A stretch of DNA of 64,000 bases, taken from the NCBI GenBank assembly GCA_964016885.1, contig OZ024744.1:25358001-25422000 (forward strand). The letters run 5' to 3'. The position numbers were made by a program, and so were the translations under genes. Shown piece after piece: positions 11,680 to 27,420 of this stretch (position 1 is the first letter of the stretch; the number at the start of each line of letters is the position of its first letter). The stretch comes from Eledone cirrhosa (lineage: Eukaryota). Under the pieces are notes generated by a model that saw nothing but the letters and a program-made list of their open reading frames with translations, searched no databases and was not told the DNA's origin.

Positions 11680-14600
11680 CAACCATCCAACTTTCCAAAC
11701 AACCAACCAACCATCGAATCAAGCATCCAACCAACCAACCATACAACCATCCAACCATACAACCAACCACCCAACCAACAATCCAAACATCCAACCATCC
11801 AACCACCCAACGACCCAACCAACCACCCAACCATCCAACCAACCAACCCACAACCTACCACACAACCATCCAACCACCCAAACAACTAACCAACCAACCA
11901 ACCATCCAACCACGCAAACAACTACCCATCCAACCACCCAACCAACCAGCTAACCGACCACCCAACCATGCATTCAACCACCCAACCAACTAACCAACCA
12001 ACCAACCGTCCTAATATCCAGCCACCCAACCAATCACTCATCCAACCACCCAACAAACCAACCAACCATCCAACCACCCAACGAAGTAACCAACCAACCA
12101 ACCTTCCAACCACCCAACCAACTAACCAACCAACAAACTAACCAAACAACCAACGAACTAACCAGACAACCAACGACTCACCCATCCAAGCAAACAACCA
12201 CCCAACCATCGAATCGTCCAACCACCCAACCAACTAACCAACCAACTACCAAGCCATCAAACCATCCACCACCCAACCAACTAACCAACCACCCAACCAA
12301 CAAGCCACCCAACCATCCAACCATCCAACCATCCAACCACTTAACCAACTAACCAACCATCCAACCAACCAACCATCCAACCAGTCAACCACCCAACCAA
12401 CTAACCAACCAATCAACCAACCAATCAACCAACCAACCACACAACCAACCATCCAACCAACCAACCAAACACACATCCAACCAACCATCCAATCAACCAT
12501 CCAACCAACCATCCAACCAACCATCCAACCAACCAACCAACCAACCAACCATCCAACCAACCAACTATCCAGCCAACCATCCAACCATCCAACCAACCAT
12601 CCAACCAACCAACCAACCAACCAACCACCCATCCAACCAACTATCCAACCAACCATCCAACCATTCAACCAGCCAACCAACCACCCAAACAACCAACCCT
12701 CCAACCATCCAACCAACCAACCAACCATCCAACCAACCAACCAACCAACCACACAACCAGCCATCCAACCAACCAACCAACCACCCGTCCAACCAACCCT
12801 CCAATCAACCATCCAACCAACCAACCATCCAACCACCCAACCACACAACCACCCAACCATCCAACCATCCAACCAACCAGCCAACCATCCAACCAAACAA
12901 CCAACAATCCAACCAACCAACCAACCAACCAACCAACAATCCAACCAACCAACCAACCAACCAACCAACCATCCAACCAACCAACCAACAATCCAACCAA
13001 CCAACCAACCAACCAAGCAACCAACCAACCACCCAACCAACCATCCAACCATCCAACCAACCAACCATCCAACCATCCAACCAACCATCCAACCAACCAA
13101 TCATCCAACCACCCAACCAACCAACCATCCAACCAACCAGCCAACCATCCAACCAAACAACCAACCAACCATCCAACCATCCAACCAACCATCCAACCAA
13201 CAAACCATTCGCCAACCATCCAACCAACCAACCAACCAACCAACCACACAACCACCCAACCAACCAACCATCCAACCAACCAACCATCCAACCAACCAAC
13301 CATCCAACCAACCACCCAACCAACTAACCATCCAACCACCAAGCCATCAAAACATACAACCACCCAAACAAAAAACAACCCAAACATTCAACCATCCAAC
13401 CACATAACCAACTAACCAACCATCAGACCAACCAACCATCCAACCAAACAACCACCCAAACAAAAAACAACCCAAACATTCAACCATCCAACCACATAAC
13501 CAACTAACCAACCATCAGACCAACCAACCATCCAACCAAACAACCACCCAACCACCATCCAACCAACCAACCAACCAACCATCCAACCACCCAACCACCA
13601 TCCAACCAACCAACCAACCAACCATCCAACCACCCAACCACCCAACCACCAACCATCCAAACAACCAGCCATCCAGCAAACCATCCATCCATCCAACCAA
13701 CCAACCAACGAACCAACTAACCATCCAACCATCCAACCAACCATCCAACCAACCAACCAACCACCCATCCAACAAACCATCCAACCAACCAACTATCCAA
13801 CCAACCATCCAACCAACCAATCAACCAGCCACCCGTATAACCAACCACCGAACCATCCAACCAACCAACCATTCAACCTACCATCCAACCAACCAAGCAG
13901 CCAACCATCTAACCAACCATCCATCCAACCAACCATCCATCCAACCAACTAACCACCCATCCAACTATCCAACCAACCAACCATCCAACCATCTAACCAA
14001 GCAACCAACCAATCACCCAACCACCAACCATCTGACCAACCATCCAAGCAACCAACCATCCAACCAACCAACCAACCACCCATCCAACCAACCATCCAAC
14101 CAAACAACCAAACAACCAACCATCCAACCAACCAACCATCCAGCCGACCATCCAACCATCCAACCAACCATCCAACCAACCAACCAACCACCGATCCAAC
14201 CAACCATCCAACCAACCATCCAACAATCCAACCAACCAACCAACCACCCAACCAATCAACCATCCAAACATCCAACCAACCATCCAACCACACAACCAAC
14301 CATCCAACCAACCAACCAACTACCCATCCAACCAAACATCCAATCAACCATCCAACCAACCAACCATCCAATCACCCAACCACCCAACCACCCAACCATC
14401 GAACCAACCATCCATCCAACCAACCAACCATCCAACCAAACAACCAACCAACAACCATCCAACCAACCAACCATCCAACCAACCATCCAACCATCCAACT
14501 AACCATCCAACCAACCAACCAACCACCCATCCATCAACCATCCAACCAACCATCCAACCAACCATCCAACCAACCATCCAAACATCCTACCAACCAACCT

Positions 14601-15400
14601 ACCAACCAACCACCCATCCAACCATCCAACTAACCAACCATCCAACCAACCATCCAACCAACCATCCAACCAACCAACCACCCAACCACCCAACCACCCA
14701 ACAACCACCCAACCAACCACCCATCCAACCAACCAACCACCCAAACACCCATCCATCCAACCAACCATCCAACCAACCATGCAACCAACCAACCACCCGT
14801 TCAACCAACCAACCAACCATCCAACCAACTAACCATCCAACCATCCAACCATCCACCCAACCACCAACCACCCAACCAAACAACCATCCAACCATCCAAC
14901 CATCCAACCAACCATCCAACCAACCAACCAACCATCCAACCAACCAACCATCCAATCAACCAACCAACCACCAAACCACCCAACCATGCAACCAACCCAC
15001 CAACCACCCACCCACCCAACCATCCAACCAACCAACCAACTATCCAACCAACCATCCAACCAACCAATCAACCAGCCATCCGTCTAATCAACCACCCAAC
15101 CATCCAACCAGTCAACCATTCAACCTACCATCCAACCAACCAAGCAGCCAACCATCTAACCAACCAACCAACCAACCACCCAACCAACCATCCAACCATC
15201 AACCAACCATCCAACCAACCACCCAACCAACCACCCAAACAACCACCCAAACAACCAACCATCCAACCAACCAACCACCCATGCAACCATCCAACCAACC
15301 AACCATCCAACCATCCAACCAACCAATCACCCAACCACCCAACCATCTAACCAACCATCCAACCAACCAAACCATCCAACCAACCAACCAATTAACCATC
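11680..15400. repeat. Degenerate (CCAA)n/(CCAT)n tetranucleotide tract, ~3.7 kb
   Basis: Direct inspection. Confidence 0.95.
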
Positions 15401-15569
15401 CAGACCCCCCCCCCCTCCCGGACCATCTCACTTATGTTGATGTTGTTCAGTCTTTTCCCGCTCAATGACGACTGTCGCTTGTTTCCGCTGAAGCGGTTTC
15501 TTCGCTAAATCTCTTACCTTCATCTCCCTTATTTTATTATATCTATTAACTTTTATATTATATATTCAC

Positions 15570-15701
15570 TCTCCTCCGCTCTCTCACTCTCTCATTCCCT
15601 CTCTCTCTATCTCTCTTTCTCTCTCTATCTCTCTCTGCCTCTCTCTCTCTCAATTTCTCTCACGCTCTCTCTCACTCTCTCCCACTCTCTTTCTTTCTCT
15701 C

Positions 15702-15787
<86 letters not shown>

Positions 15788-16014
15788 TCTTTCTCCCACT
15801 CTCTCTCTCTCCCACTCTCGTTCTCTCTTTCCTACTCTCTCTCTCTCTATCTCTCTATCTCTCTCTCTTCTCTCTCATTTCCTCTTCTCCCCCGCGCCCG
15901 CTTTTACTCTCGCTCTCTCACACATTATATATATTAAATATGTATTATTTTCTGTTTGTTTCTTTCACTTTCTTTGCTCCATCCCTCCCCCCACGCTATC
16001 TATGTATCTATCAA

Positions 16015-16094
<80 letters not shown>

Positions 16095-16160
16095 ATATAT
16101 ATATATATATTATATCCAGTCTGTCTGTCAGTATCTCTCTCTTCCAGTCTCTCTCTCTCT
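15570..16160. repeat. (CT)n polypyrimidine tracts
   Basis: Direct inspection. Confidence 0.9.
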
Positions 16161-16379
16161 TTGACCCCTTCCTCTCTCAATACCCGTCTCTGTCCTACTC
16201 CCTCCCTTTTTACTCACTCTCTCTCTTCTCAGGGAACAGATGTTGTGTGTTTGCTCAACGGCATCGAGTGGATATCGCTAAGCCTGGCAACTTGTCTGAA
16301 ATATGTAGTGTAAAACCCTCTTCGATACGCTGTAGATCGTACCAAACCTTCCCTGCCCGCACTCTCTACACAAATAGAC

Positions 16380-19090
<2,711 letters not shown>

Positions 19091-19289
19091 GTATTTAAGA
19101 AACGAAAATGTCTTTGGCAACGAACGTAATAAATTACTTGACAACGATTGATAAATATTAAACGAGTATCGGAAGAATTTCATGGAAATATTTTGTTATT
19201 TTCTTATTTTCTTATTTTCTTTCGACTGACATTCTTCCCTTTTATCGTCGTTTAAAGACAGGAAAGAATAGCTACAGTATTATATGATG

Positions 19290-19480
19290 GGTGGTGTATT
19301 GGCAGTATAGGTAGAGGGTCGGGCGTCATGCTTTCTAGCATAGAGTTACGGCCCTTGCCATTCTGAGTTCAAATCCCGCCGAGGATAACTTTGCCTTTCA
19401 TCCTTACGGGGTCGATAAAATAAAGTACCAGTAATGCACTGGGTAATTTGCTGGCCTTGTGCCTAAAGTGGAAACAATTA
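19290..19480 (+). mobile_element. tRNA-derived SINE with Meta-like domain
   Basis: TGGCAGTATAGG A-box, GAGTTCAAATCCC B-box, GCCTTTCATCCTTACGGGGTCGATAAAATAAAGTACCAG. Confidence 0.88.
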
Positions 19481-19548
19481 TATGATGGGAGGTTGTAATT
19501 TGGTCGTATTTCCTTGACTCAGTACATGTGGCTGAGAGTCAGTACCAG

Positions 19549-20183
19549 CTTCTTCTTCTTCTTCTTCTTCTTCTTCTTCTTCTTCTTCTTCTTCTTCTTC
19601 TTCTTTCTTTCTTTCTTCTTCTTCTTCTTCTTCTTCTTCTTCTTCTTCTTCGTTCTTTCTTTCTTCTTCTTCTTCTTCTTCTTCTTCTTCTTCTTTCTTT
19701 CTTTCTTCTTCTTTTTCTTCTTCTTCTTCTTCTTCTTCTCCTTCTTCTTCTTCTTCTTCTTCTTCTTCTTTTTCTCCTTCTTCTTCTTCTTCTTCTTCTT
19801 CTTCTTCTTTCTTCTTCTTCTTCTTCTTTTTCTTCTTCTTTCTTTCTTTCTTCTTCTTCTTCTTCTTCTTTCTTTCTTCTTCTTCTTCTTCTTCTTCTTC
19901 TTCTTCTTCTTCTTCTCCTTCTTCTTCTTCTTCTTCTTCTTCTTTCTTTCTTTCTTCTTCTTCTTCTTCTTCTTCTTCTTCTTCTTCTTCTCCTTCTTCT
20001 TTTTCTTCTTCTTCTTCTTCTTCTTCTTCTTCTCCTTCTTCTTCTTCTTCTTCTTCTCCTTCTTCTTCTTTCTTTCTTTCTTCTTCTTATTCTTCTTTCT
20101 TTCTTTCTTCTTCTTATTCTTCTTTCTTTCTTCTTCTTCTTCTTCTTCTTCTTCTTCTTCTTCTTCTTCTTCTTCTTCTTCTT
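19549..20183. repeat. (TTC)n/(GAA)n tract, ~635 bp
   Basis: Direct inspection; abuts the 3' end of the minus-strand RTE-like fragment. Confidence 0.97.
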
Positions 20184-21180
20184 CACCCACTTATTCCTGA
20201 GAGGGTCGTGGGGCCAGAGTCCTCAAGCACTCCCTCCAGCAGGTCCTGTCAGAAGCAACCGTCTCCAACTGACCCGACTTGACCTCCAACTGATAAGGAA
20301 GTGACCAGATAGTTCATGGATCTTATCCAACCATTCTGCTCAGGATCTGCTACCTGTTAGTTTTGTTGGCCGTAAAATCTGTCCAAGCAGTAGCTGAGGA
20401 GTTAAATCTTCAATAGACCGACTTCTTATCCAGGGAGATTCTCTTATTCTCAGTCTGTTATCGTCAAGGAAGCCGAGGAATAGGATTGGAAAATGTTGGA
20501 AGGAATAGCAGACATACCATTTTTAGGTCCATTTGAGGGCGAATTGCTAGACTTGTTAGGGAGTTCCGTCAAATACCTTGCAGTATTTGTTCCAGTCCCT
20601 CAGCATTCCTTGTTAGGGAGTTCCGTCAAATACCTTGCAGGATTTGTTCCACTCCCTCAGCATTCCTTGTTAGGGAGTTCCGTCAAATACCTTGCAATAT
20701 TTGTTCCAGTCCCTCAGCATTCCTTGTTAGGGAGTTCCGTCAAATACCTTGCAGTATTTGTTCCACTCCCTCAGCATTCCTTGTTAGGGAGTTCCGTCAA
20801 ATACCTTGCAGTATTTGTTCCAGTCCCTCAGCATTCCTTGTTAGGGAGTTCCGTCAAATACCTTGCAGTATTTGTTCCACTCCCTCAGCATTCCTTGTTA
20901 GGGAGTTCCGTCAAATACCTTGCAGGATTTGTTCCACTCTCTCAGCATTCCTTGTTAGGGAGTTCCGTCAAATACCTTGCAGTATTTGTTCCAGTCCCTC
21001 AGCATTCCTTGTTAGGGAGTTCCGTCAAATACCTTGCAGTATTTGTTCCACTCCCTCAGCATTCCTTGTTAGGGAGTTCCGTCAAATACCTTGCAGTATT
21101 TGTTCCACTCTCTCAGCATACTTTTTTCAAAATCTCATCAACGTAAACTTTGCCTTTCAACATTTTGGGTTTCACTATAT
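20184..21180 (-). mobile_element. Degraded 3' fragment of RTE-like LINE
   Basis: Minus-strand pieces YSET.., DFEKSMLRE, WLDKI, LETVASDRTCWRECL, then ATAAGTGGGT(GAA)n tail. Confidence 0.65.
20552..21119. repeat. 57-bp minisatellite, 10 units
   Basis: CTTGTTAGGGAGTTCCGTCAAATACCTTGCAGTATTTGTTCCA(G/C)TCCCTCAGCATTC at 57-bp spacing from 20552 to 21065. Confidence 0.97.
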
Positions 21181-21382
21181 GTATGTGTAGATGTGTGTGT
21201 GTGTGTTTGTTTATATATATATATGTGTGTAGATTCGTGTGTGTTTGTAATTCTATTGTCTATGTATCTTTCTAAATAAACACACACAAACATATATACA
21301 CTCACACAAATGTTATATATAAATATAATGTACACAAACACACACACAAACACATATACACTCACACAAATATTATATATAA

Positions 21383-21523
21383 GGGCGGTGGAGTGGCAGT
21401 ATCAGTAGAGAGCCGGACGCCATGCTTTGCAGCATAATTAGGTCCCCTTTACGAGGTCGATAAAATAAAGTACCAGTAATGTACTGAATAATTGCTGGCC
21501 TTGTGCCAAAAGTAGAAACAATT
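21383..21523 (+). mobile_element. Internally deleted Meta-like SINE
   Basis: Head GGCGGTGGAGTGGCAGTATC and tail GGTCGATAAAATAAAGTACCAG..GGCCTTGTGCCAAAAGTAGAAAC; B-box region missing. Confidence 0.8.
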
Positions 21524-21711
21524 ATATATAAATATAATGTACACAAACACACATATACACACACACACATATTATATATAAATGTAATGAACACGTACAC
21601 ACATATACACACACACAAACACTCACATAATCATAACAACCAATGTGTGTAGCCAATTCGCTATACATATACACTACAGGTGTAGCGAATAGACGCTGCT
21701 TTCTGTAGTTT

Positions 21712-22682
21712 GTCATCACCCCTTCCTTCCTCAGTCGACATCATCGCCCCTTCCTTCCTCAGTTGACGTCATCACCGCTTCCTTCCTCAGTCGACATCAT
21801 CGCCCCTTCCTTCCTCAGTCGACGTCATCACCGCTTCCTTCCTCAGTCGACATCATCGCCCCTTCCTTCCTCAGTCGACGTCATCACCGCTTCCTTCCAC
21901 AGTCGACGTCATCGCCCCTTCCTCAGTCGACGTCATCACCGCTTCCTTCCACAGTCGACGTTATCACCGCTTCCTTCCTCAGTCGACGTCATCACCCCTT
22001 CCTTCCTCAGTCGACATCATCACCCTTTCCTTCCTCAGTCGACGTCATCACCCCTTCCTTCCCAGTCGACGTAATCACCCCTTCCTTCCTCAGTCGACGT
22101 AATTACCCCTTCCTTCCTCAGTCGACATCATCACCCCTTCCTTCCTCAGTCGACATCATCACCCCTTCCTTCCTCAGTCGACGTCATCACCCTTTCCTTC
22201 CTCATTCGACGTAATCACCCCTTCCTTCCACAGTCGCTGTCATCACCCCTTCCTTCCACAGTCGACATCATCACCCTTTCCTTCCTCAGTCGACGTCATC
22301 ACCCCTTCCTTCCCAGTCGACGTAATCACCCCTTCCTTCCTCAGTCGACGTTAGCAGTACTTCCTTCCTCAGTCGACGTCATCACCGCTTCCTTCCTCAG
22401 TCGACGTCATCACCCCTTCCTTCCACAGTCGAGATCATCACCCCTTCCTTCCACAGTCGAGATCATCACCCCTTCCTTCCACAGTCGAGATCATCATCCC
22501 TTCCTTCCACAGTCGAGATCATCACCCTTCCTTCCTCAGTCGAGATCATCACCCCTTCCTTCCTCAGTCGAGATCATCACCCCTTCCTTCCTCAGTCGAC
22601 GTAATCACCCCTTCCTTCCACAGTCGAAATCATCACCCCTTCCTTCCACAGTTGAGATCATCACCACTTCATTGCTCAGTCG
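21712..22682. repeat. 28-bp minisatellite (TCATCACCCCTTCCTTCCTCAGTCGACG), ~35 units
   Basis: Direct inspection. Confidence 0.95.
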
Positions 22683-23103
22683 TCTCTAGTGTGTCACAGA
22701 CAAATACACAAGACTATTTTATATTGTTAGATTCTGCAATTTGTCACGAGTAACAGTTGTTGCTGTTTAATACCAAGTCATTTCTAAGCCAGTAATCCCA
22801 TTTATTTGTTGTTTTACTCATATGATATATACACACTAACGTTTCATTTTTACATAACGGACCAATTTACTGCAATTCTAAATGTAGGAATAAAAAATAT
22901 ATTGTTTGTGAAATTCGCAAGGAATTTTTCACATGAAGAATGTTTGTTTAACATATCGGTTCATCTCGCCAATGTACGTATCCTGTGCCAATATATTTAC
23001 ACACATAGATAGATACATACTACATATATATATATATTATATATATATATACACACACACACATACATACATACATACATACATACATACATACATACAT
23101 ACA

Positions 23104-23136
<33 letters not shown>

Positions 23137-23201
23137 GCATACACACACACAAATATATATATATATATATATATACATGCATACATACATACGTACATAC
23201 A

Positions 23202-23756
23202 TGGTGGCTGCCAACTCGTTTTCGAGTACGGCCACTACTTTATATCCATGTAGGAGAACCCCTACCGATGCGCTGAACGAATGTGACTTTTTAGTCTAGC
23301 CAGCGACTTGAAAACTCTGGTACAAAGAGTACACTTGTGACCATTATTGACACATAGTGCAGGGCCCATGGTACCATGTGACGACAAGTGCAGAGAGATC
23401 TCCAGATATAAAGCAATGCCTGTGCTGTGAAGCTTTTATAGTGAGCAAAGGCACTGCACAAAGCCAGTCCCACTCTCTTAACCAAGATGATATTTACCAA
23501 AAAGAAGAACAAGTCAACATCATTGGATACCATCAGGGTTGCAGGTGTTATATCAGAGTTTTCCTTCTCCTAGAATTCTGCCTTGACAAAGGCTAAGGGG
23601 TCATCTCTCCCTGTGATTTTGGATGGCTATTGACTCTTAAGAGCTCCCTTGCCCTTTGACAGGTTTTGTTTTTAGTCCTGCAGGATGTCCAAAGTCACCC
23701 TCCTCACCAAGAAACCTTGGTGGGGTTGCCAGTTTAGTCGCCAACGACCCGACCAT
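23202..23756 (-). mobile_element. ~610-bp non-autonomous retroposon, copy 2 (5'-truncated)
   Basis: Reverse complement of copy 1; (CATA)n on both sides. Confidence 0.9.
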
Positions 23757-23835
23757 ACATACATACATACATACATACATACATACATACATACATACAT
23801 ACATACATACATACATACATACATACATACATACA

Positions 23836-24448
23836 TGGTGGCTGCCAACTCGTTTTCGAGTACGGCCACTACTTTATATCCATGTAGGAGAACACCTACC
23901 GATGAGCTGAACGAGTGTGACGTTTTAGTCCAGCCAGCGACTTGAAAACTCTGGTACAAACACTACACCTGTGACAATTATTGACACATAGTGCTGGGCC
24001 CATAGTACCATGTGACGACAAGTGCAGAGAGATCTCCAGATATAAAGCAATGCCTGTGCCGTGAAGCTTTTATAGTGAGAAAAGGCACTGCACAAAGCCA
24101 GTCCCGCTCTCTTAACCAAGATGATATTTACCAAAAAGAAGAACTAGTCAACATCATTGGATACCATCAGGGTTGCAGGTTTTATATCAGAGTTTTCCTT
24201 CTCCTAGAATTCTGCCTTGACAAAGGCTAAGGGGTCATCTCTCCCGGTGATTTTGGATGGCCATTGACTCTTAAGAGCTCCTTTGCCCTTTGACAGGTTT
24301 TGTTTTTAGTCCTGCAGGATGTCCAAAGTCACCCTCCTCACCAAGAAACATTGGTGGGGTTGCCAGTTTAGTCGCCAACGACCCAACCATGAGACAGGTT
24401 GTACTGGGATACATGTTACCAGTAGCACCAAGTGGTGACCTGACCCAT
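23836..24448 (-). mobile_element. ~610-bp non-autonomous retroposon, copy 3 (longest 5' end)
   Basis: Tandem with copy 2 and separated from it by (CATA)n. Confidence 0.9.
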
Positions 24449-24531
24449 ACATACATACATACATACATACATACATACATACATACATACATACATACAT
24501 ACACACATATATACATACATACATACATACA

Positions 24532-24565
<34 letters not shown>

Positions 24566-24567
24566 CA

Positions 24568-24601
<34 letters not shown>

Positions 24602-24629
24602 CATACATACATATATACATACATACATG

Positions 24630-25055
24630 ATAGCTGCAAATTCTGCTAAGGTTATTGCAATTGCTTGGAGGTTTATAGATATTGGTACACTTTTAGGCTA
24701 CGGCCAGCGACACGAACCTGTAACATATACTGAACAATCAATGCCTGTACTTTGAATGTTTTTTTAAGTGGGGAAAGACCTTGCACGTGACCACTCCCAC
24801 TCTCTGAGCATCGAAAACACTACTCGAAAAGGAGAACTGGTCAACATCATCGGATGCTTCCGAAGCCGCAGGTTTTTTTTTTCAGAATTTCCCTCTCCTA
24901 GAAAGGTGTTGCGACAACAACTGGGGGCCTTTCACTCCCAGGTTAAAAAAAAAAGTTCTATTTGGATGGCCGTTGACTCTGCTCAGTTCCTCCGCCCTTT
25001 GCCGGGTCTTATATTTCATCCCGCAGGGTGTCCAAATATCACCCTCCTCACCAAG
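24630..25055 (-). mobile_element. Diverged relative of the 610-bp retroposon
   Basis: Shares CTTGGTGAGGAGGGTGA..TTTGGACA, CAAAGGGC, GAGTCAA.GGCCATCCAAA, CTAGGAGA.GGAAA.TCTGA and GATGATGTTGAC; left boundary uncertain. Confidence 0.75.
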
Positions 25056-25074
25056 CATACATACATCTATATTA

Positions 25075-26139
25075 ATGTCACAGAGACCCGAATAGTAACA
25101 CTGAAGCAACATCTTCAACAGAAAAAAAAGGTCAGCAGCCCTCTTCCACAGGTCATGAGCATGAAGGCAATAATATCATTAGGATAGACACTGATCTGGA
25201 GGAGATATATGGAATAAGGCCTGATATAGATCTCTCTCCCAGGGAAATCGGAAGATTCTATTCAATGTTCGAACAAGATTTTTAAAATGGACCAATTTAC
25301 AGAGAAAGTTGTGCATCGGTACCTGAGACGAAAATCGCAGACCATAGAGGGGATAAATCATTCAAAAAGCCTGTCATGGAGTTCCGACAAGTTTATGACA
25401 TCCCACCTTGAAGGATATCTCTATATAATACAGGAACAAGAAATCCCTAACCAATAGTTACTACACAAAAGAGGGGGGTCATCAGTCGACAATAAATGGA
25501 GGCTATGTAAAACAAAGATCGAAGATGTTAGCCACATTGTTGCCAACTGTGAAAGAATGTCATCTCGCAACTACCTCCCTATAAGACACGATGTGATAGC
25601 TAGAACCATCTGGAACGCACTTAGGAAAACAAAATTAAAAACAAATGAGGAGGAATATGCTGAGACAAAAGGCACTAAAGAATACTGGTGGAACCTGAAA
25701 ATAAAAACTGCCACCAAATTCAAACACAAGCGGCCTGGTATTGTTGTTTGGGATCACACATTGAAAATGTGCTCTGTTGTAGAGATCAGTTGCCCACTTG
25801 ATGTCAACGTTGTAAGAAAAATACAAGAGAAGGAAGACATCTACGGACCAGTGATGAGGAGTTTGCAGATCCAGTATCCAATATACACCTTCAGCTTCAT
25901 ACCCATCATTATTGGAGCTATGGGTTATTTACCAACGCGCTTGGACCACAGTATAACTGAACTTGGAGTTGTGATTTGTGGACAAAGAGCGCAGCTCCCT
26001 AATTCACAGACTACAATTAGCTGCGATAGCTGGTACCTTCAACATTTGCAAAATATTCTTGTGATTCATGGGATGACAATTTGATTTCTTTTACAACCTT
26101 GCCGGTCAAAAATGTACTCTAAATTAAGAGAAAGAGAAA
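25075..26139 (+). mobile_element. R4/Dong-like LINE 3' fragment (CCHC finger + restriction-like endonuclease), family A
   Basis: RLCKTKIEDVSHIVANC..YLPIRHD..EYWWN..RPGIVVWD..VEISCPLD..KEDIY..FIPIIIGAMG; preceded by CATACATACA and ends AGAAAGAGAAACATAC. Confidence 0.85.
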
Positions 26140-26334
26140 CATACGTACATAAAAGAAATCACAGCCTCGGTTGAACATTTACGATATAGACTTACAGTGT
26201 ATAAACAGTAAATGCTGTATAGATTATTTGCCTGACATCGAAAATCAATCAATCGTAACTTCGATGTGAAAGGATCGATCTCTGTAAAAGACACCCCTGC
26301 AAAAGATCTGGTTAAGAGATACTAGAGATCTGTA

Positions 26335-26786
26335 TGGGTAAGGGGTAATGACCCTCGTCGGTCAGGAATGACCATGGGGTGTAGACTCGAGAGTTCTCCT
26401 CCGAGGCACAAGTCCGAGCACGGTTGTTTGAGAAAGACCAGCAGTCGCCCATGTATACCAGTCTCTCCTCTCTACACCACAGATGTTGTCCAAGGGAAAG
26501 GCAATGACTGATACAGCTTGACACTTGTGACGTCACAACATTAATACATACTATATATACATCATATATACACTATATATATACACTATATATACACTAT
26601 ATACTATGTTGTCTAAGGGAAAGGCAATGGCTGATACAACTTGGCACCAGTGACGTCACTACTCATTTCTACAGCTGAGTAAACTGGAGCAACGTGAAAT
26701 AAAGTGTCTAAAGAACACAATGCAGAGCCCGGTCAAAGATTCGAACTCATAACCTCACGATTGTAAGCCCGACGCTCTAACCACTA
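26335..26786 (-). mobile_element. tRNA-derived SINE with internal duplication
   Basis: Reverse head AGTGGTTAGAGCGTCGG..GAGTTCGAATC; core shared with the 4690 SINE. Confidence 0.8.
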
Positions 26787-26789
26787 AAG

Positions 26790-27420
26790 ATCAACAAACA
26801 ATCTGTATACCGAAAACAACTGGAGCTTCTTCAACAAAAGCAATATGAAATAGACGACGCAATACTGGACACATTCTTACAGAAAGTGTCGAATATGGAA
26901 TTCCTTAGTCCTAGACATTATAACAGGTTCCTGGTTTAACAATCTTACATTCATTCGGTAATATTTGATAAAGTTACATTGAGAAAGTGTCAAGGGCACG
27001 CAAGAATTATCTTAATGGTTAGCAACTATCACTACTCTTCTCATCCCATCAAAATAACCAGACCACTCTTGCTAAAAATTACCGCCTAATAACCTGCCAG
27101 AACAAGATGTAGAAATTATATACAGGGTGCCTTAATCTGTTCTTCGGTACTACAACAGTATAACACTTGAGCAAGCTGTAGGAGCAGCTACTAATTAACA
27201 AATTGATTCCGGATAAACAGAGCCGAGTCTCAGGAATGTAGTGTGGCTGGACTACCAGAAAGTCTTTGATAATATACCTCGTGTATAGATTCTCATGCCT
27301 TTACAGTTAAACAAAGTCCCACCAGCACTTGTAGTTGCTATAGAACGCTTGACCGAGACTTAATACACCATTTCGCTCCTTGGGAGTGATAAGAAACAAA
27401 TTGAATCTGATCCAATACAC
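26790..27420 (+). pseudogene. Highly degraded R4/Dong-like RT segment
   Basis: Fragments AKNYRLITC, EQLLINK and VWLDYQKVFDNIP. Confidence 0.7.

Noticed and set aside
11583-15465. Many Trp/Gly/Val/Leu ORFs
   Set aside because: Translations of (TTGG)n
16220-16375. Host exon after a polypyrimidine-AG acceptor
   Set aside because: The acceptor is created by (CT)n; no recognisable peptide or clear donor site
19290-19385. tRNA gene
   Set aside because: A/B boxes are present but no cloverleaf is evident; it continues into a SINE body
19514-20304. Poly-Phe/Lys/Leu/Arg ORFs
   Set aside because: Translations of (TTC)n
20552-22682. 57-bp and 28-bp arrays as CRISPR
   Set aside because: Head-to-tail units with no unique spacers, no cas genes, eukaryotic context; the same applies to the 39-bp and 40-bp arrays
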